This document shows positions 24,588 through 37,216 of a stretch of 64,000 bases of DNA, one piece after another. The stretch is from Selaginella moellendorffii (Eukaryota; Plantae; Lycopodiophyta). The position numbers and the translations under genes are program-made. Numbering within the stretch: position 1 is the stretch's first letter; every line of letters starts with the position of its first letter. The notes beneath the pieces were generated by a model. The model was not told the origin of the DNA, did no database searches, and was given only the letters and a program-made list of their open reading frames with translations. Where the stretch lies: contig NW_003314419.1 in the NCBI RefSeq assembly GCF_000143415.4, positions 13,969 through 77,968 on the forward strand. The letters run 5' to 3'.

Positions 24588-27500
24588 TGTCGCAAATGTG
24601 ACTTCGGGTATCGAAAGTTACCTGTCAACCAGTCCTTACGGACACTCTTACCTTACTGCCACGATGGCAGGAGGTCGGTATTGCTGGTTCCCTTTATCGG
24701 CCCCTCTTGTTCAAGTGTTAGTTTACTGGGCTTAGCACCTATACTTAGCCAGATGGACATAAGGTAGGAACTCCTATATGTTTCTAGCTGAGCATACTCA
24801 GCCTGGCTCTTAGTTCTCTTTTGCTCTGTCTTGCACTAGCTTGACAAGAACCCTCGCATATTGAGATTGGTCCCTCAATATCGCTACATGATAGTTTACC
24901 GTGTCTGCCAAACACCCTCGCTATCATGCCCTTTGTGTTAGTCTCATTTCGGTCCCAAATGCTATTTATGGAAAGTGTCCAGATTTGCTCATTTGGCATA
25001 TCTACGGAATGTAGAAATCGTTCTGAACACAATGGTGTTCATCCCATGTCCAAATTCACAATCTAGGGACATTCCATATTTAGTAAGTTTCGAGCTTGTC
25101 CCAGAGACTAACTCCTGATACTAAGGGAGGCTTGGGGTGAAAGCCCAAAGCATGTGTTCCTCAAGGGGGGGGGGGTGGGCTATGGGGGGTTCCAAATGTA
25201 TATTAGGGATAGTGGGTAGGTCGGGCATGGCCGACCAACCTGAGGCATAGTCTAGCTCCCGCTTGTGTGCCTGTCCTTGTTCTGCGTCCGGCTTGGGTCT
25301 AAGCCCAAGTTCCACACCATGCTAGCTGGTGGAGTACCCATGTCCTTGCGTTAGGCCACCGGTATGCCGAAATAGCGCCAGACTCCGTTTGGCTCCATTT
25401 TGCGTGCTGGTTCTAGCATTGGGATGCTGGTTGCTCCAGGACTGTTCCAAGTCGCTTCGGGCTCCTGTCCCTTCGCTCCTTGGGCTTTATGCTCGGGAGT
25501 TGCTCCGTGGTTCGGTTCCGTCACTCCTTGGCTCCATGCTTAGGAGTTTGGCACCGTTCCTTCGTTCAGTGGCCCAAGGCTCTGAACCTCGGGTTCCTGT
25601 GGACACGTGGCATGGACACGTGGCATGTGACACGTGGCATCTGTCACAGGGCACAAAGAGGGTTTAGGTTCCGCTTCGTGGTGTTATCCTATGGTAAATC
25701 ACCATAGGATAAAGGGTCAAAACCACGTGCGCTACATTTGGTATCAGAGGATGAGTCTCAGCGAGTACTATACAATGAGATTAGGCAACTAGTCTCGTTG
25801 CATACGCAGAGATGAAAACGATGATCCGAGTGGGTACACGTTTGGTGCAAAGGGTTCCCAATTGTTCCTTGGGTATGGATTTGGTTACCTTATTGTACTT
25901 TATGATATGAGCTTGAGCTTGGGCTCGCAAGAGGGATTGAGTTGTTCCATTCGCACGAGTTTGAGCTTGGACTCGTGAGTGAGGCACATTAGCAACTCAA
26001 GGTTACACTTTGAGTTGGCAGGATTAATGTTAGCCTATCGGTGGTTCCATAAGTTGTTCCATGTACCGTGGGTGAAAGTAAAACTTCCCTGAGTTTGCTA
26101 TGAGTGGCAAATAGGCTGGTCCGTAGCTGTTTAGCACGGCACTAGTGGATCCTTCCTAAGCATGATTACAAGTGAATCAATCAAGACTTATAGGGATTAG
26201 TTTATTGGCTCAAGTAGTCATTGTAGTGCTCTCTCATAAACTTTTCTTGGATTGGATTGAAGGCAGTGCGAAAGCAAGCTTGAGGTTTAGTCAAAGATGA
26301 GACCGAAAAGAGAGTCGTCAGGGACGAAGGATCAAACACGTAAATCATCTTCTCTTCTTGGAGAGATGATTTGCAACGAGGTGTGACTCATTGCTCGTGT
26401 TCACATTATGCAATCAAGAGTCCTTACCTTGATGCATGTTGGAGATGATGGTCTTACAAATGGTGAGTTGTGAGATGGATAGCGGTGAAACGTTATACCA
26501 TTTTGTCTAGGCTTGCTATGGAAGACTAGGGTTGCAATGCTCAATTCTTTTCTGAGGAACCTTGTTATTGCTCCTTAAGTAGCTTGGTGTTGGATTAGTT
26601 TTGAGTTTGGTCGGAAAGAGAGTGGCATGAGCTTGTCCGTGTTGTGAATAAAAGTTGGTGGTGTTAGGTGTTATAAATCTCTATCGATGGAGTGTGGCAT
26701 TTATGTTGCATTTTGTTGAATCGAGTTTGCACTTGATACTCACATAAACCTTTGAAGTAATGACATAGACATTACTCGTGGTGTTGCTCAATTGATGATC
26801 AAATCATTGTGATTTCCATATCATATCCATGTGATAATGAGCAATGTATTTACGAAGTTGCTTGGTTAAACGATGATCAACCCCAAAATGGTTGATGGTG
26901 AGGCTAGTCTACTTGCATGAAGTAGCATTGTAGTAGCTTTGACTGGATTTTCAATGGTGGTCCATTATGCTAAGTTTAAGTTACTTCCTTGTTTCCTTGA
27001 GAGTTTGCTCATTAGGTGTTGGAAAAGGGTTGTAGCATTCATTTGCTATGGCTTGTTGGTTTATCCGTTATCACTTGGAGTAGATTGTTGGATGGAAAAA
27101 GTGTGTAATTAAAGCATTGATATCGCTAGCACTTGTGTTAGTGGAAATGGCATTGTTGATTCGAGTGATGAGGAATTTTCCTTAGAGCTTGATTTTCCAT
27201 GTCATTTTTCTTGTTAGTGTTTTGGCTTCACATTGGATCTTGAAGGTGATTGAAGAAAAGTGTTAATGCAATGTGAATATCCGAAGATGTGGTCTTCGTG
27301 ATCAAGCTTTAGATATTCATTTTGTGTTCTGCGGATGTCAGAGTTGGATGTCGAAAGAATGGGCAGAAAGATGTTCGAGGCTTAAGCATACTATGGGTCA
27401 TGAGAATTTGTGTTGAGGTGAGCCTATGTGAAGTTGTTAAGTAGGAGGAAGTTGGTTGAGTCTTGAAAGTTTGCATTCTTGGACTGAGAGTCATTTTTTC

Positions 27501-30500
27501 TCTAGGATGGAAATTTTCCACAAATTTTCTTATACTTTTCTAATTGTTGATCTGTTATCATTTTGTCCGAAAACCATTCCATTTTCATAAGCTAGTATAA
27601 ACTAGTGAAAGGGTTGGAGTTGACTTCGGTTGGCTTAGACCTTAGTAAGTAGTTTATATGATACAGTCTGAAAGGGATGTTGACTTCTGGGGCTAAGGCA
27701 TTTAAGTTGGATAGAGTCTGGAGTTGGTATAGAAAAGTGGCCGTTGCACTTTTCTAAGAAGGGTGACCATTGTGCCTTTCTTTTGTAGCATTATGCTTGG
27801 TGGCAAGTTGCACCTTGCATTTTGTTAAGACTCTATGAGAGTAGTGAGCTCTCACTGATCTTGACTTGGTCTTGGTGGCTTTGCGCCTTGGCTGAGGATG
27901 GTGATGTTCAACTTAGTTGTTTGAGTTTGAGATGTTGGTACCCGTACTATAGCTTTGTCTATGAAGAGGTTGTGTACTGATATGGATCCATCTCATGGTC
28001 TTCACTTTAGTTTCGGCTGAGTGTTGATCATGCATAGCTAGCCTCTTCAAGGCATGCTCAGAGCTAAATGCATTAGTGAGCTTATCGCAGTTGAGTTGGA
28101 TTTGAGTGGTCATTTAGTTCATGCTTGTATATGAACCTTTATCTCGTACTTGGGGTATTATGTTCATGTTGGACAAGTGTGTAACTCAATGGTATGAGTT
28201 AGTGTTTGGGTCTTGTGAAAGCAAGTTGAAAAAGTGATGGTTAGTTGCTTTGTGACTAATGATTGCTTGTAGACTTCGTTGAGGACTGTTTGACACTTGC
28301 TTCGCTCGATGAACATTTAGCAGTGATGGGTTTACTTTACCGGATGGTGTTGCGGAGGATCGTGTCATTTGACTTACATAGGTTTTCCATGTTGGCATGT
28401 TGACTCTACCTCTGTTGATATCATTTGGTTGCGTTTAGTTCATAGTGTTGGATTTCATTAAGTCTTGGACGTGGTGATTCACTCCTTGATGAAGTGTTAT
28501 CTGTAACTGAGTTTTGCTGAAGGATTGGTCTCAGATACTGACTAAAGTATCTTCGACCTTGGTTAGTTTGGTTGCTAGAGAGCTTTAAGTGGTGATACAC
28601 TCATGCTTTCTTTTAGCTTTGTTCTAGTGTTGGTGGCATTGAAGTGATGCCTTGGTGTTGACATTGTTGATGTTGGGATTTTAGTGAAATGAAATGTCTC
28701 TCCATAGGATTGATATTGAGTGTCATTAGTCTTAATGAAAATAGTGTTGATGATTTAGCTATGACTTTGTGTTATTGGCATTCGTGCATTTGCTAGTTAG
28801 CAACTGTCTTAACGTTCACATGAACTGAGTGGCAAGTTTGAGTTAGTTGTGTTCTAGACGAGATTGTTTAGTAAGGGTTAAGCTTTGGCTTTTCCTTGAA
28901 AAGTGATTCAGTCATGGATTATGCTAGCTCTACAAGCGGAAGAGTTAGTGATTGATATTGGAAGGTTTGAATCTTTATTGGATTTGAGTTGGAATATATC
29001 GATCATTGATGATTCTTCTTATGCTTGCTATGAAGTGAATTACGTCTTGCTATAGATGGATTCATGGAGGATCATTTGGTGATCACTTGTCGAGCATAAC
29101 TTTGTTATGCTTAGCTTTTGGATTGATGCAGGCATGCTCTTCATTAGCTTTACATTATGAAGTTTAGCTTATGGATGTGTTGAAGAAGATGTTGTGAGTT
29201 GCACCATAATTTCTTCTTTAGCATTGAAGTTAGTTCATGTGAGACTTATGATCATTGTTAGGAAAGACTTGGCTATAGACTTCTTCGAGCTTTTGGTTCT
29301 TTGAGTTTTATGCTCGTTGTTCCATTTGTTAAAAGTCGTTAGGGAAGGCATTTTGGCTTGTTAGCTTCGATGAAGTTAGTATTTGCATCTGGCAATCATT
29401 GGTGATGATTAATTATCATCTAAGATAGTGGATTATCCTTGTCAAGGGTTTTGCTTGATTGTTGTTGATATAGAATGATTTGCTATTCTTCGGGGTAGTG
29501 GATTCTTTCTTAGACGATGATTATGCATCTCTTTATTGATGGGATGATTGATGATCTTTCGTGATAGTTAGTTATTCTTTTTGATAGCTTTTGGCTTTTC
29601 GCAATACCACATGTTGTTTGTGGTTTGCTCTGGATTGGTCTCTTGGGTTTGAGACATCAATAGGATGTTGCTGACACTTGCTTAGGCAACTTAAGTTCCT
29701 TAGTATTGTTGACTGGGATCTATTTGGATTGGCTCGTGTGATAGTTGACATGACCGAGTGTTTGTTGGCCATGCAACATTCATTCTATTCTGTTGATTAT
29801 TGCTCGAGTTTGTTTTGATAGATTAGAATGTTATTTCCTCCAGGTGATACATTCGCGAGCATTTTGCTTGCTTGTCAATGATACTTGGTGTTCTTTGAGT
29901 TCCCTTTTCTAAGTTGTTTGGCATTCTATCTGCAATCTTTCATCCGAATGTGACTTCGAGTATCGAAAGTTACCTGTCAACCAGTCCTTACGGACACTCT
30001 TACCTTACTGCCACGATGGCAGAAGGTCGGTATTGCTGGTTCCCTTTATCGGCCCCTCTTGTTCAAGTGTTAGTTTACTGGGCTTAGCACCTGTACTTAG
30101 CCAGATGGACATAAGGTAGGAACTCCTATATGTTTCTAGCTGAGCATACTCGGCTTGGCTCTTAGTTCTCTTTTGCTCTGTCTTGCACTAGCTTGACAAG
30201 AACCCTCGCATATTGAGATTGGTCCCTCAATATCGCTACATGATAGTTTACCGTGTCTGCCAAACACCCTCGCTATCATGCCCTTTGTGTTAGTCTCATT
30301 TCGGTCCCAAATGCTATTTATGGAAAGTGTCCAGATTTGCTCATTTGGCATATCTACGGAATGTAGAGATCGTTCTGAACACAATGGTGTTCGTCCCGTG
30401 TCCAAATTCACAATCTAGGGACATTCCATATTTAGTAAGTTTCGAGCTTGTCCCAGAGACTAACTCCTGATACTAAGGTGAAAGCCCAAAGCGTGTGTTC

Positions 30501-31070
30501 CTCAAGGGGGGGGCTGTGGGGGGTTCCAAATGTATAGTAGGGATAGTGGGTAGGTCGGGCATGGCTGACCAACCTGAGGCATAGTCTAGCTCCCGCTTGC
30601 GTGCCTGTCCTTGTTCTGCGTCCGGCTTGGGTCTAAGCCCAAGTTCCACACCATGCTAGCTGGTGGAGTACCCATGTCCTCGCGTTAGGCCACCGGTATG
30701 CTGAAATAGCGCCAGACTCTGTTTGGCTCCATTTTGCGTGCTGGTTCTAGCATTGGGATGCTGGTTGCTCCAGGACTGTTCCAAGTCGCTTCGGGCTCCT
30801 GTCCCTTCGCTCCTTGGGCTTTATGCTCGGGAGTTGCTCCGTGGTTCGGTTCCGTCACTCCTTGGCTCCTTGCTTGGGAGTTTGGCACCGTTCCTTCGTT
30901 CAGTGGCCCAAGGCCCTGAACCTTGGGTTCCTGTGGACACGTGGCATGGACACGTGGCATGTGACACGTGGCATCTGTCACGTGGCACAAAGAGGGTTTA
31001 GGTTCCGCTTCGTGGTGTTATCCTATGGTAAATCACCATAGGATAAAGGGTCAAAACCACGTGCGCTACA
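24588..31070 (+). mobile_element. Full-length non-autonomous LTR retroelement (LARD-like, gypsy-related)
   Basis: LTRs 24588-25736 (TG...CA) and ~29947-31070 are highly similar. PBS TGGTATCAGAG (tRNA-iMet) at 25739. 5-bp TSD CCTAG at 24583-24587 and 31071-31075. The 4.2-kb interior has no long ORF. Confidence 0.93.
25601..25640 (+). promoter_or_regulatory. Tandem G-box/ABRE motifs (CACGTGGC x3) in the LTR; x4 in the 3' LTR at ~30936-30986
   Basis: ggacacgtggcatggacacgtggcatgtgacacgtggcat. Function untested. Confidence 0.55.
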
Positions 31071-31589
31071 CCTAGGATCTAGGAGACAAATGCTTTGGGC
31101 TTTCACCCTCAAACTCGGACTCGGACTTGGACTTAATTTTGGTCTTAGTCAAAGCTACTACAATGTTACTTCTTGCAAGTAGACTAACATCACTATCAAC
31201 CACTTTGGGGTTGATCATTGTTTAACCAAACAACTTCATAAACACATTACTCACAGTCACATAGATATGATTTAAGTATCATAATGAATTAATTATCAAT
31301 CAAGCAATACCATGAGCAACACCTATATCACTACTATAAAGATTTATGTGAGTACTAAATGCCATCTCAATTTCACAATTGCAACATAAATACCACACCC
31401 CACCAATAGAAATTTACAACACTTAACACCACTAACTTTTATTCATAAGACACACAAGCTTATACCACTCTTTTTCTAATTAAACTCAAAACTAATCTAA
31501 CATTAAATTACTCAAGGAGTAATAATAAGATTCCCCATAAAAGAATTAAGCATTATAACCCAAGTCTCCAATAACAAGCCTAAACAAAA

Positions 31590-32770
31590 TGACTTGATGG
31601 CCATATTGGCTCTGGCCTTCTTCGGGTAGGGACATTCCCTCGAGAAGTGTCCCGCTTCGCCGCAGTTGTAGCATACGTTGTTTCCCACGCTGCTATACGA
31701 CTTGACCTTCTTATCCGTGGTTTGTCTTTTTTCGCTTGACTCCCCCACGTACTCGCTCGCTGGCCACCGGATTTGCCTTTCCGGAACCCCGAGGACTCAT
31801 TCTTAGAGAAACTCTTCTTGAATTTCCCCTTGCTATATGTTCCCCTCGGTTTGGCCCCTTTGTGAAACGTGGATCCCGACCCCGTCGTGTTCCCCTTTCG
31901 CAGGTTATCGTTGAAATGCACCTTGATGGCCACATCCAACGCTTCCTTGTAGTTGGTCGGGTTCCAGCGCATCACCTCACCGCGAGCCCAGGTTTGCAAA
32001 CTTGATATAAAGGCATGGAACGCATCCATATCTCCCATGTCTGTGACAAGTATCCTCTTTGCCATGAACCCATTCACATATTCCTGGATGGTTCCAGTCT
32101 GCTTCAGCCTACTCAGCTCATCTCTCAGATGCAGAGTGGCATTCGGAGGAACGTATGTTGCGCGGATCCTCGCCTTCATCATGTCCCAGGTGGCCACCGG
32201 TCCTTCGTTGGCCTCCGTTGTTCTCCACCAAGACTTGGCATTATCTGCCAAGTATGGTTTTGCACATGGGACCTTCTCCGAGCTCGGTAACCGCAACGCT
32301 CGGAAGTAGTCCTCCATATCGTAAAACCAATCCTCCACCACCTTATAGTCATTCACTCCCTTGAAGACCGGTGGGGGATTTGGTTTGTACTTGGGAACTG
32401 CCTGAGGGACTGATTCCACTTCGGTCTATTCGACCTTGTCTGGTTTTGCCTCAGTCCCTGCCGAAGGGTCCGCACCTTCTGCGCTGCCAGCATCCGCAGT
32501 CTTTCGCTTTTTCTTCCGCTTCTCGTCACGCTTTAACTTGCGTACGAGAGTCTCCAGCAGGGCATTGGTCTGTGCTAACTGTCCTTCTAGCACGTCCAAT
32601 CGAGCCTTGGACAACCGAACCTCGCCACCGGACTCCTGTTTGGAAGTTTCCTCACTAGAGTCCTCCTCATGCAAGGATTCCTCATCCATAGCCTCTTGTT
32701 CAACCGAAGGCTCCAGCTCTGGCGGAGGTTCCGTCTCCGCCTGGGTTCGCTTACGCCCTGCCCTTGCCAT
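31590..32770 (-). pseudogene. gag: Ty3/gypsy gag (capsid + CCHC zinc knuckle), truncated, no pol
   Basis: PPVFKG...VEDWFYDMEDYF...AKSWW...LKQTGTIQEYVNGF. CYNCGEAGHFSREC lies in a shifted frame. In-frame stop at 32426. Confidence 0.9.
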
Positions 32771-32829
32771 CTCCCAGCAATCCGCCTCTATCCTTCGCTA
32801 GAACTGAGGAAAAGGCTCTGATACCAAAT

Positions 32830-33061
32830 TGTAAGCCACAAATTTTTCCTTTCCAATTTGCCAACTTACCTCGTCTATCCGTCCAACACCGCCTTGGCTT
32901 TTGCTAAGTTCCCTTGCCAAGGTTCTCGCCTATGGTACCAGCTCCTACTTGGTCTCAGCTACTCACTGCACGAGCAACGGAGTGTTAGCCATCCATCCAC
33001 GGATTCCCAAATCACTCCCAATCCCCTCCCCGGGTTAGACTGGACTTAAGGTTCGGCTACA
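32830..33061 (-). mobile_element. Short (232-bp) LTR flanked by a PPT-like tract upstream and a PBS downstream
   Basis: Minus strand reads GCGGGGAG|TGTAGCC...GGCTTACA|ATTTGGTATCAGAGC. Confidence 0.75.
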
Positions 33062-33610
33062 CTCCCCGCAAGCACAAGCAGCCAAGCACACCAAGCTTCC
33101 AGGTTCCTAACATCCTTTGGTACCACAAGACTTGATCATGGGACCCTCTAAATCCCAAGTCTTGAGTGCAACACTTGCTTCGGGACGCCGGGGCGAAACA
33201 CCGTGGCCTAGCGGCCCGGTATGGGTACCTCTCACCCCCCACTTCCATCCCGAAGGAAGGCCCAAGCCCCTAGGAAGGGCGAGGACCAATGAGCCGCATG
33301 GTACTCAAGTGGGGCACCACTCCACATGAGCCGGGAGCACCGCAATCGGTTTCCTTTTCGGGAGTGGGAGCTGCTCTTGAGCACTTCCTTGGATGGCCCC
33401 TCCGGCACCAACCAAGTCCATGCTCACTCCCACCCAAGGCCCCTCGGTCCCAGTCCCAACCTCAAGTCAGTTTGGGAGCCCCACTGGAGAGTCCCTTCTA
33501 AACTGGTTCCTGGACCTCACTATCCCTACTATACTTTTGGAACCCCCTGCAGCCCCCCCCCCCTGGGAGACGCACGCTTTGGGCTTTCACCCCTTGACCC
33601 ATATTAGTAT

Positions 33611-33905
33611 TTGGACTTAGTCTCTGGCTCGATCTCGGACTCGATTTCGGATCCGACTTCGGATTCGGTTTCGGACTCGATCTCGGATTCGATCTTGGAC
33701 CCGATCTCGGACCCGATCTTGGACCCGATCTCGGACCCGACCTCGGACTCGGTCTCGGACCCGATTTCGGATCTCGGACTCCGTCTCGAACTCGGTCTCG
33801 AACTCGGACTCGAACTCGGTCCCCGAGTCGGTCTCGGACTCGATTCCGGACTCGATCTCGAACTCGGTCCTAGAGTCGGTCTTGGACTCGATCTTCGACT
33901 TGGTC
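33611..33905. repeat. Degenerate 6/12-bp tandem repeat (TCGGAC/CCGATC)
   Basis: ggacccgatctc- and cgaactcggtct-like units. Related degenerate tracts at ~31113-31135 and ~37455-37555. Confidence 0.85.
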
Positions 33906-36103
33906 CCATCTGATGAACTCTTTGTCATTTTGGTCATGCTTTCGGGGTTCCTTTAGCCTACGACACCTCGGCGAGTTGGTTCCTTACACCATTGACATAT
34001 CAACCCATTACGCTAAGGCCATGTCTATTCACCTTTGTCACACTGGTGATTTAACACCACCTACATCACAGTCCCATCTCTCAAAGACTGGGCCATCTGT
34101 CCATGAGTGGTCATCCCAGATCCACTCCTTAGCATAATTAGGATGTCTGTAGACATGGGGAATAACCTTCCCCAATATCCTTTTTTCAGTCCCCACCAAG
34201 TACCTTTTTGTCCATGGCTGTGTTCACCAACACTGCCACTGGATCAAAGCCCACAGGTCCAACCACTAAGTCCCTTTGTTCTCTGGGACTTCCTCACCAT
34301 GTGACTGCATCCTTGGTCACTACATTAGAGGATTGCTCCTCTTCCTTTCCACCATTTAGGATTTTGGGACAACAATTTGGAACACCATGGTCTTACATGA
34401 GCCTCATGGATACTCTCCCCACCTTCCACCTTTGGGTGCTCTGACTAGGAAGGATCTATTAGTGTTATGCTAAATAGCTATGGACTAGCCTATTAGCCAC
34501 TTATAGGAAACCCAATTTACTTTTACCTATGGTAACATGGAACAACTCATGGTAACTAATGTGTAGTGCACTTTATTTCTCTCCCCTTAAGCCAACTGAA
34601 AAAAGGGCAATTGCTTGATGAGAGAGCCCTTAGTAGCTATTTTATTCCCATTTATCCCCAAGGTTCCAAGGATCCATGGTGACAGTATATTCAAATCTCA
34701 TCCTATGATCACATGCGCTATACAATGATATAGTAACATTAATTTTGTCAACTCAAAGTGTAGCTTAAATTGCTAATATTCCTCACTCACGAAGCCAAGT
34801 GTAAACTCGTGCAAATGAAACATCTCAATCCATTTTATAGGCCCAAGTGCAAGCTCATGCAATATGATATAAAAAGGTAACCAAAATCTATACCCAAGGA
34901 ATGAATGTGAAGTTATAGCACCCAAACTTATACCCACTAAGATCATCATTTTTACCTTTGCATATGCAACAAGATTAGTTGCCCAATCTCATTTGATGGT
35001 ATTCGCTAAGACTCATTCTTTGATACCAAATGTAGCACATATGGTTTTCACCCATTACTTTATAGTGGTTTGCTATAGGATAACCACGAAGCAAAACCTT
35101 AACCTTTAGATACGTAAGCCAAGGGCAGTGAAGTAGAACTTAAGTTCAGGGCCTTGCGCCACTAAATAGAAGTATGGAGCCAAACTCTTGAGCATATAGC
35201 CAAGAAGCATAGGAAACTAGAGTACAGAACAACTCCCAAATATATAGTCCAAAAGGACAAGAGCATAGAGTGACTCCCAAGTGTACAGCCCAAGGAGTGA
35301 AGGGACAAAAGTACAGAGTGACATTGGAACAGTCCAAAAGTTTCCAACATCCTAATATCAAGACCAAAACACAAAATAGAGCCAAACAGAGTTTGACACT
35401 TGGGCTTGGACCCAAATCGGATAGAAAACAAGGATATGCATGCAAGCAAAGGCTAGATTATACCTCAAGTTGATCTACCTACTATCCCTATACATTTAGA
35501 ACAACCCCCCCCCCTTTAGGGTTTAGGGTTATGAAAACTTACATAATACTGAATGGCGCAAGATTGTGAATTTGGACATGGGAATAACACCATTGTGTTC
35601 AAGATAATTTCCACATTCCAGATATATGCCAAATTAGCAAATTTAAACACTTTCCATAAATAGCTAATAGGACCATATGGAACCAACAAATAGGGAAATG
35701 ATATCTTGGCAGACATGGTAAGCTATCACTAGCGAGTATTGAGGGACCAAGCTCAATATTGCAAGGGTTTCCAACATTAGCAAGTGCAAACTAACTTATA
35801 AATTACTTATACCAAGCCGAGTATGCTCAGCAAGAAACATATAGGAGTTTTTACTTTAGGTTTATCCAACATAAGTACATACATGATGACCAATTTCTCA
35901 ATTAACTTAGGTGGAGATTAAGGGTTTAGCACTGACTTCCTACTGTTGTGGTAGTAAGGAAAGAATATCTGAAAGGATTCACCGATAGATAACTTTCAAT
36001 ACCCCTGACAAAATGTGTCAAATATATATTTAAACACATATACAAGGGACACAATTATCTACCTTTGCAAAAATGAGAACTCAACACTAGATTGGGATGA
36101 AAT

Positions 36104-37216
36104 TGTAGTGCACGTGGTTTTTATCCTTTATCCTATAGTGATTTACCATAGGATAACACCACAAAGCAGAACCTAAACCCTCTATGTGCCACGTGTCACA
36201 TGCCATGTGTCCATAGGACAGTGGTGTGGAACCTGAGGTTCAGGGCCTTGAGCCACTGAATGAAGGAATGGTGCCAAACTCCCAAGCATGGAGCCAAAGA
36301 GTGATGGAACTGGACCACGGAGCAGCTCTTGAGCATATAGCCCAAGGAACAAGGGACAAGAGCATGAAGCAACTTGGAACAGTCCTAGAGTGTCCAACAT
36401 CCCAATGCTAAGACCAACACGCAAAACAGAGCCAAATAGAGTTTGGCATTATTTTAGTATACCGGTGGCCTAACGCGATTAGCTAGCATGGTGTGGAGCT
36501 TGGGCTTAGACCCAAGTCAGACGCAAAACAAGGACAGGCACGCAAGCGGGAGGTAGATTATGCCTCAAGTTAGTTAGGCATACCCGACCTACCCACTATC
36601 CCTACTATACATTTGGAACCCCCCACAGTGCCCCCCCCCCCCCCCCCTGAGGAACACACACTTTAGGCTTTCACCCCAAACCTCCCTTAGTATCAGGAGT
36701 TAGTCTCTAGGACAAGCTCAAAACTTACTAAATATGGAATGTCATTAGATTGCGAATTTGGATGCAGGATGAACACTATTGTGTTCAGGACAATCTCTAC
36801 ATTCCATAGATATGCCAAATGAGAAAATTTAGACACTTTCCATAAATAGCATTTAGGATCGGAATGAGACTAACACAAAGGGCATGATAGCGAGGGTGTT
36901 TGGCAGACATGGTAAGCTATCATCCAGCAATATTAAGGGACTAGTCTCAATATGCAAGGGTTTTTGTCAAGCTAGTGCAAGACAGAGCAAAAGAGAACTA
37001 ACAAGCCGGGCTAAGTATGCTCAGCTAAATAGACACTTAGGAGTTCCTTCCTTATGCTCATCCCGCCAAATATAGATGCAAAGTCCAATTTATTAACACT
37101 TGAACAAGAGGGACTGATAAAGGGTCCGACCTCCTGTCATTGTGGTAGTAAGGAAAGAGTCTTTGTAAAGACTAGCCAACAGGTAACTTTCGATACCCGA
37201 AGTCACATTTGCAACA
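36104..37216 (-). mobile_element. Solo LTR of the 24588 family
   Basis: Inverted homolog of 24588-25736 with TG...CA ends. 5-bp TSD GAAAT at 36099-36103 and 37217-37221. Confidence 0.93.

Larger units (their letters stand above)
31076..36015 (-). mobile_element. Older, diverged relative of the LARD-like element (LTR + PBS + partial interior), interrupted by a gag cassette
   Basis: LTR-like ~35031-36015 with PBS (tgatacca on +) at ~35021-35028. 34445-35030 matches 25737-26160 inverted; ~31145-31580 matches ~26510-26945 inverted. Confidence 0.75.

Noticed and set aside
24784-25707. Short ORFs repeated at 30136-31041 and 36182-37075
   Set aside because: They recur only because they lie in LTR copies; no protein motifs.
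33604-33937. RS/SE/DP-rich ORFs
   Set aside because: Translations of a hexamer tandem repeat.
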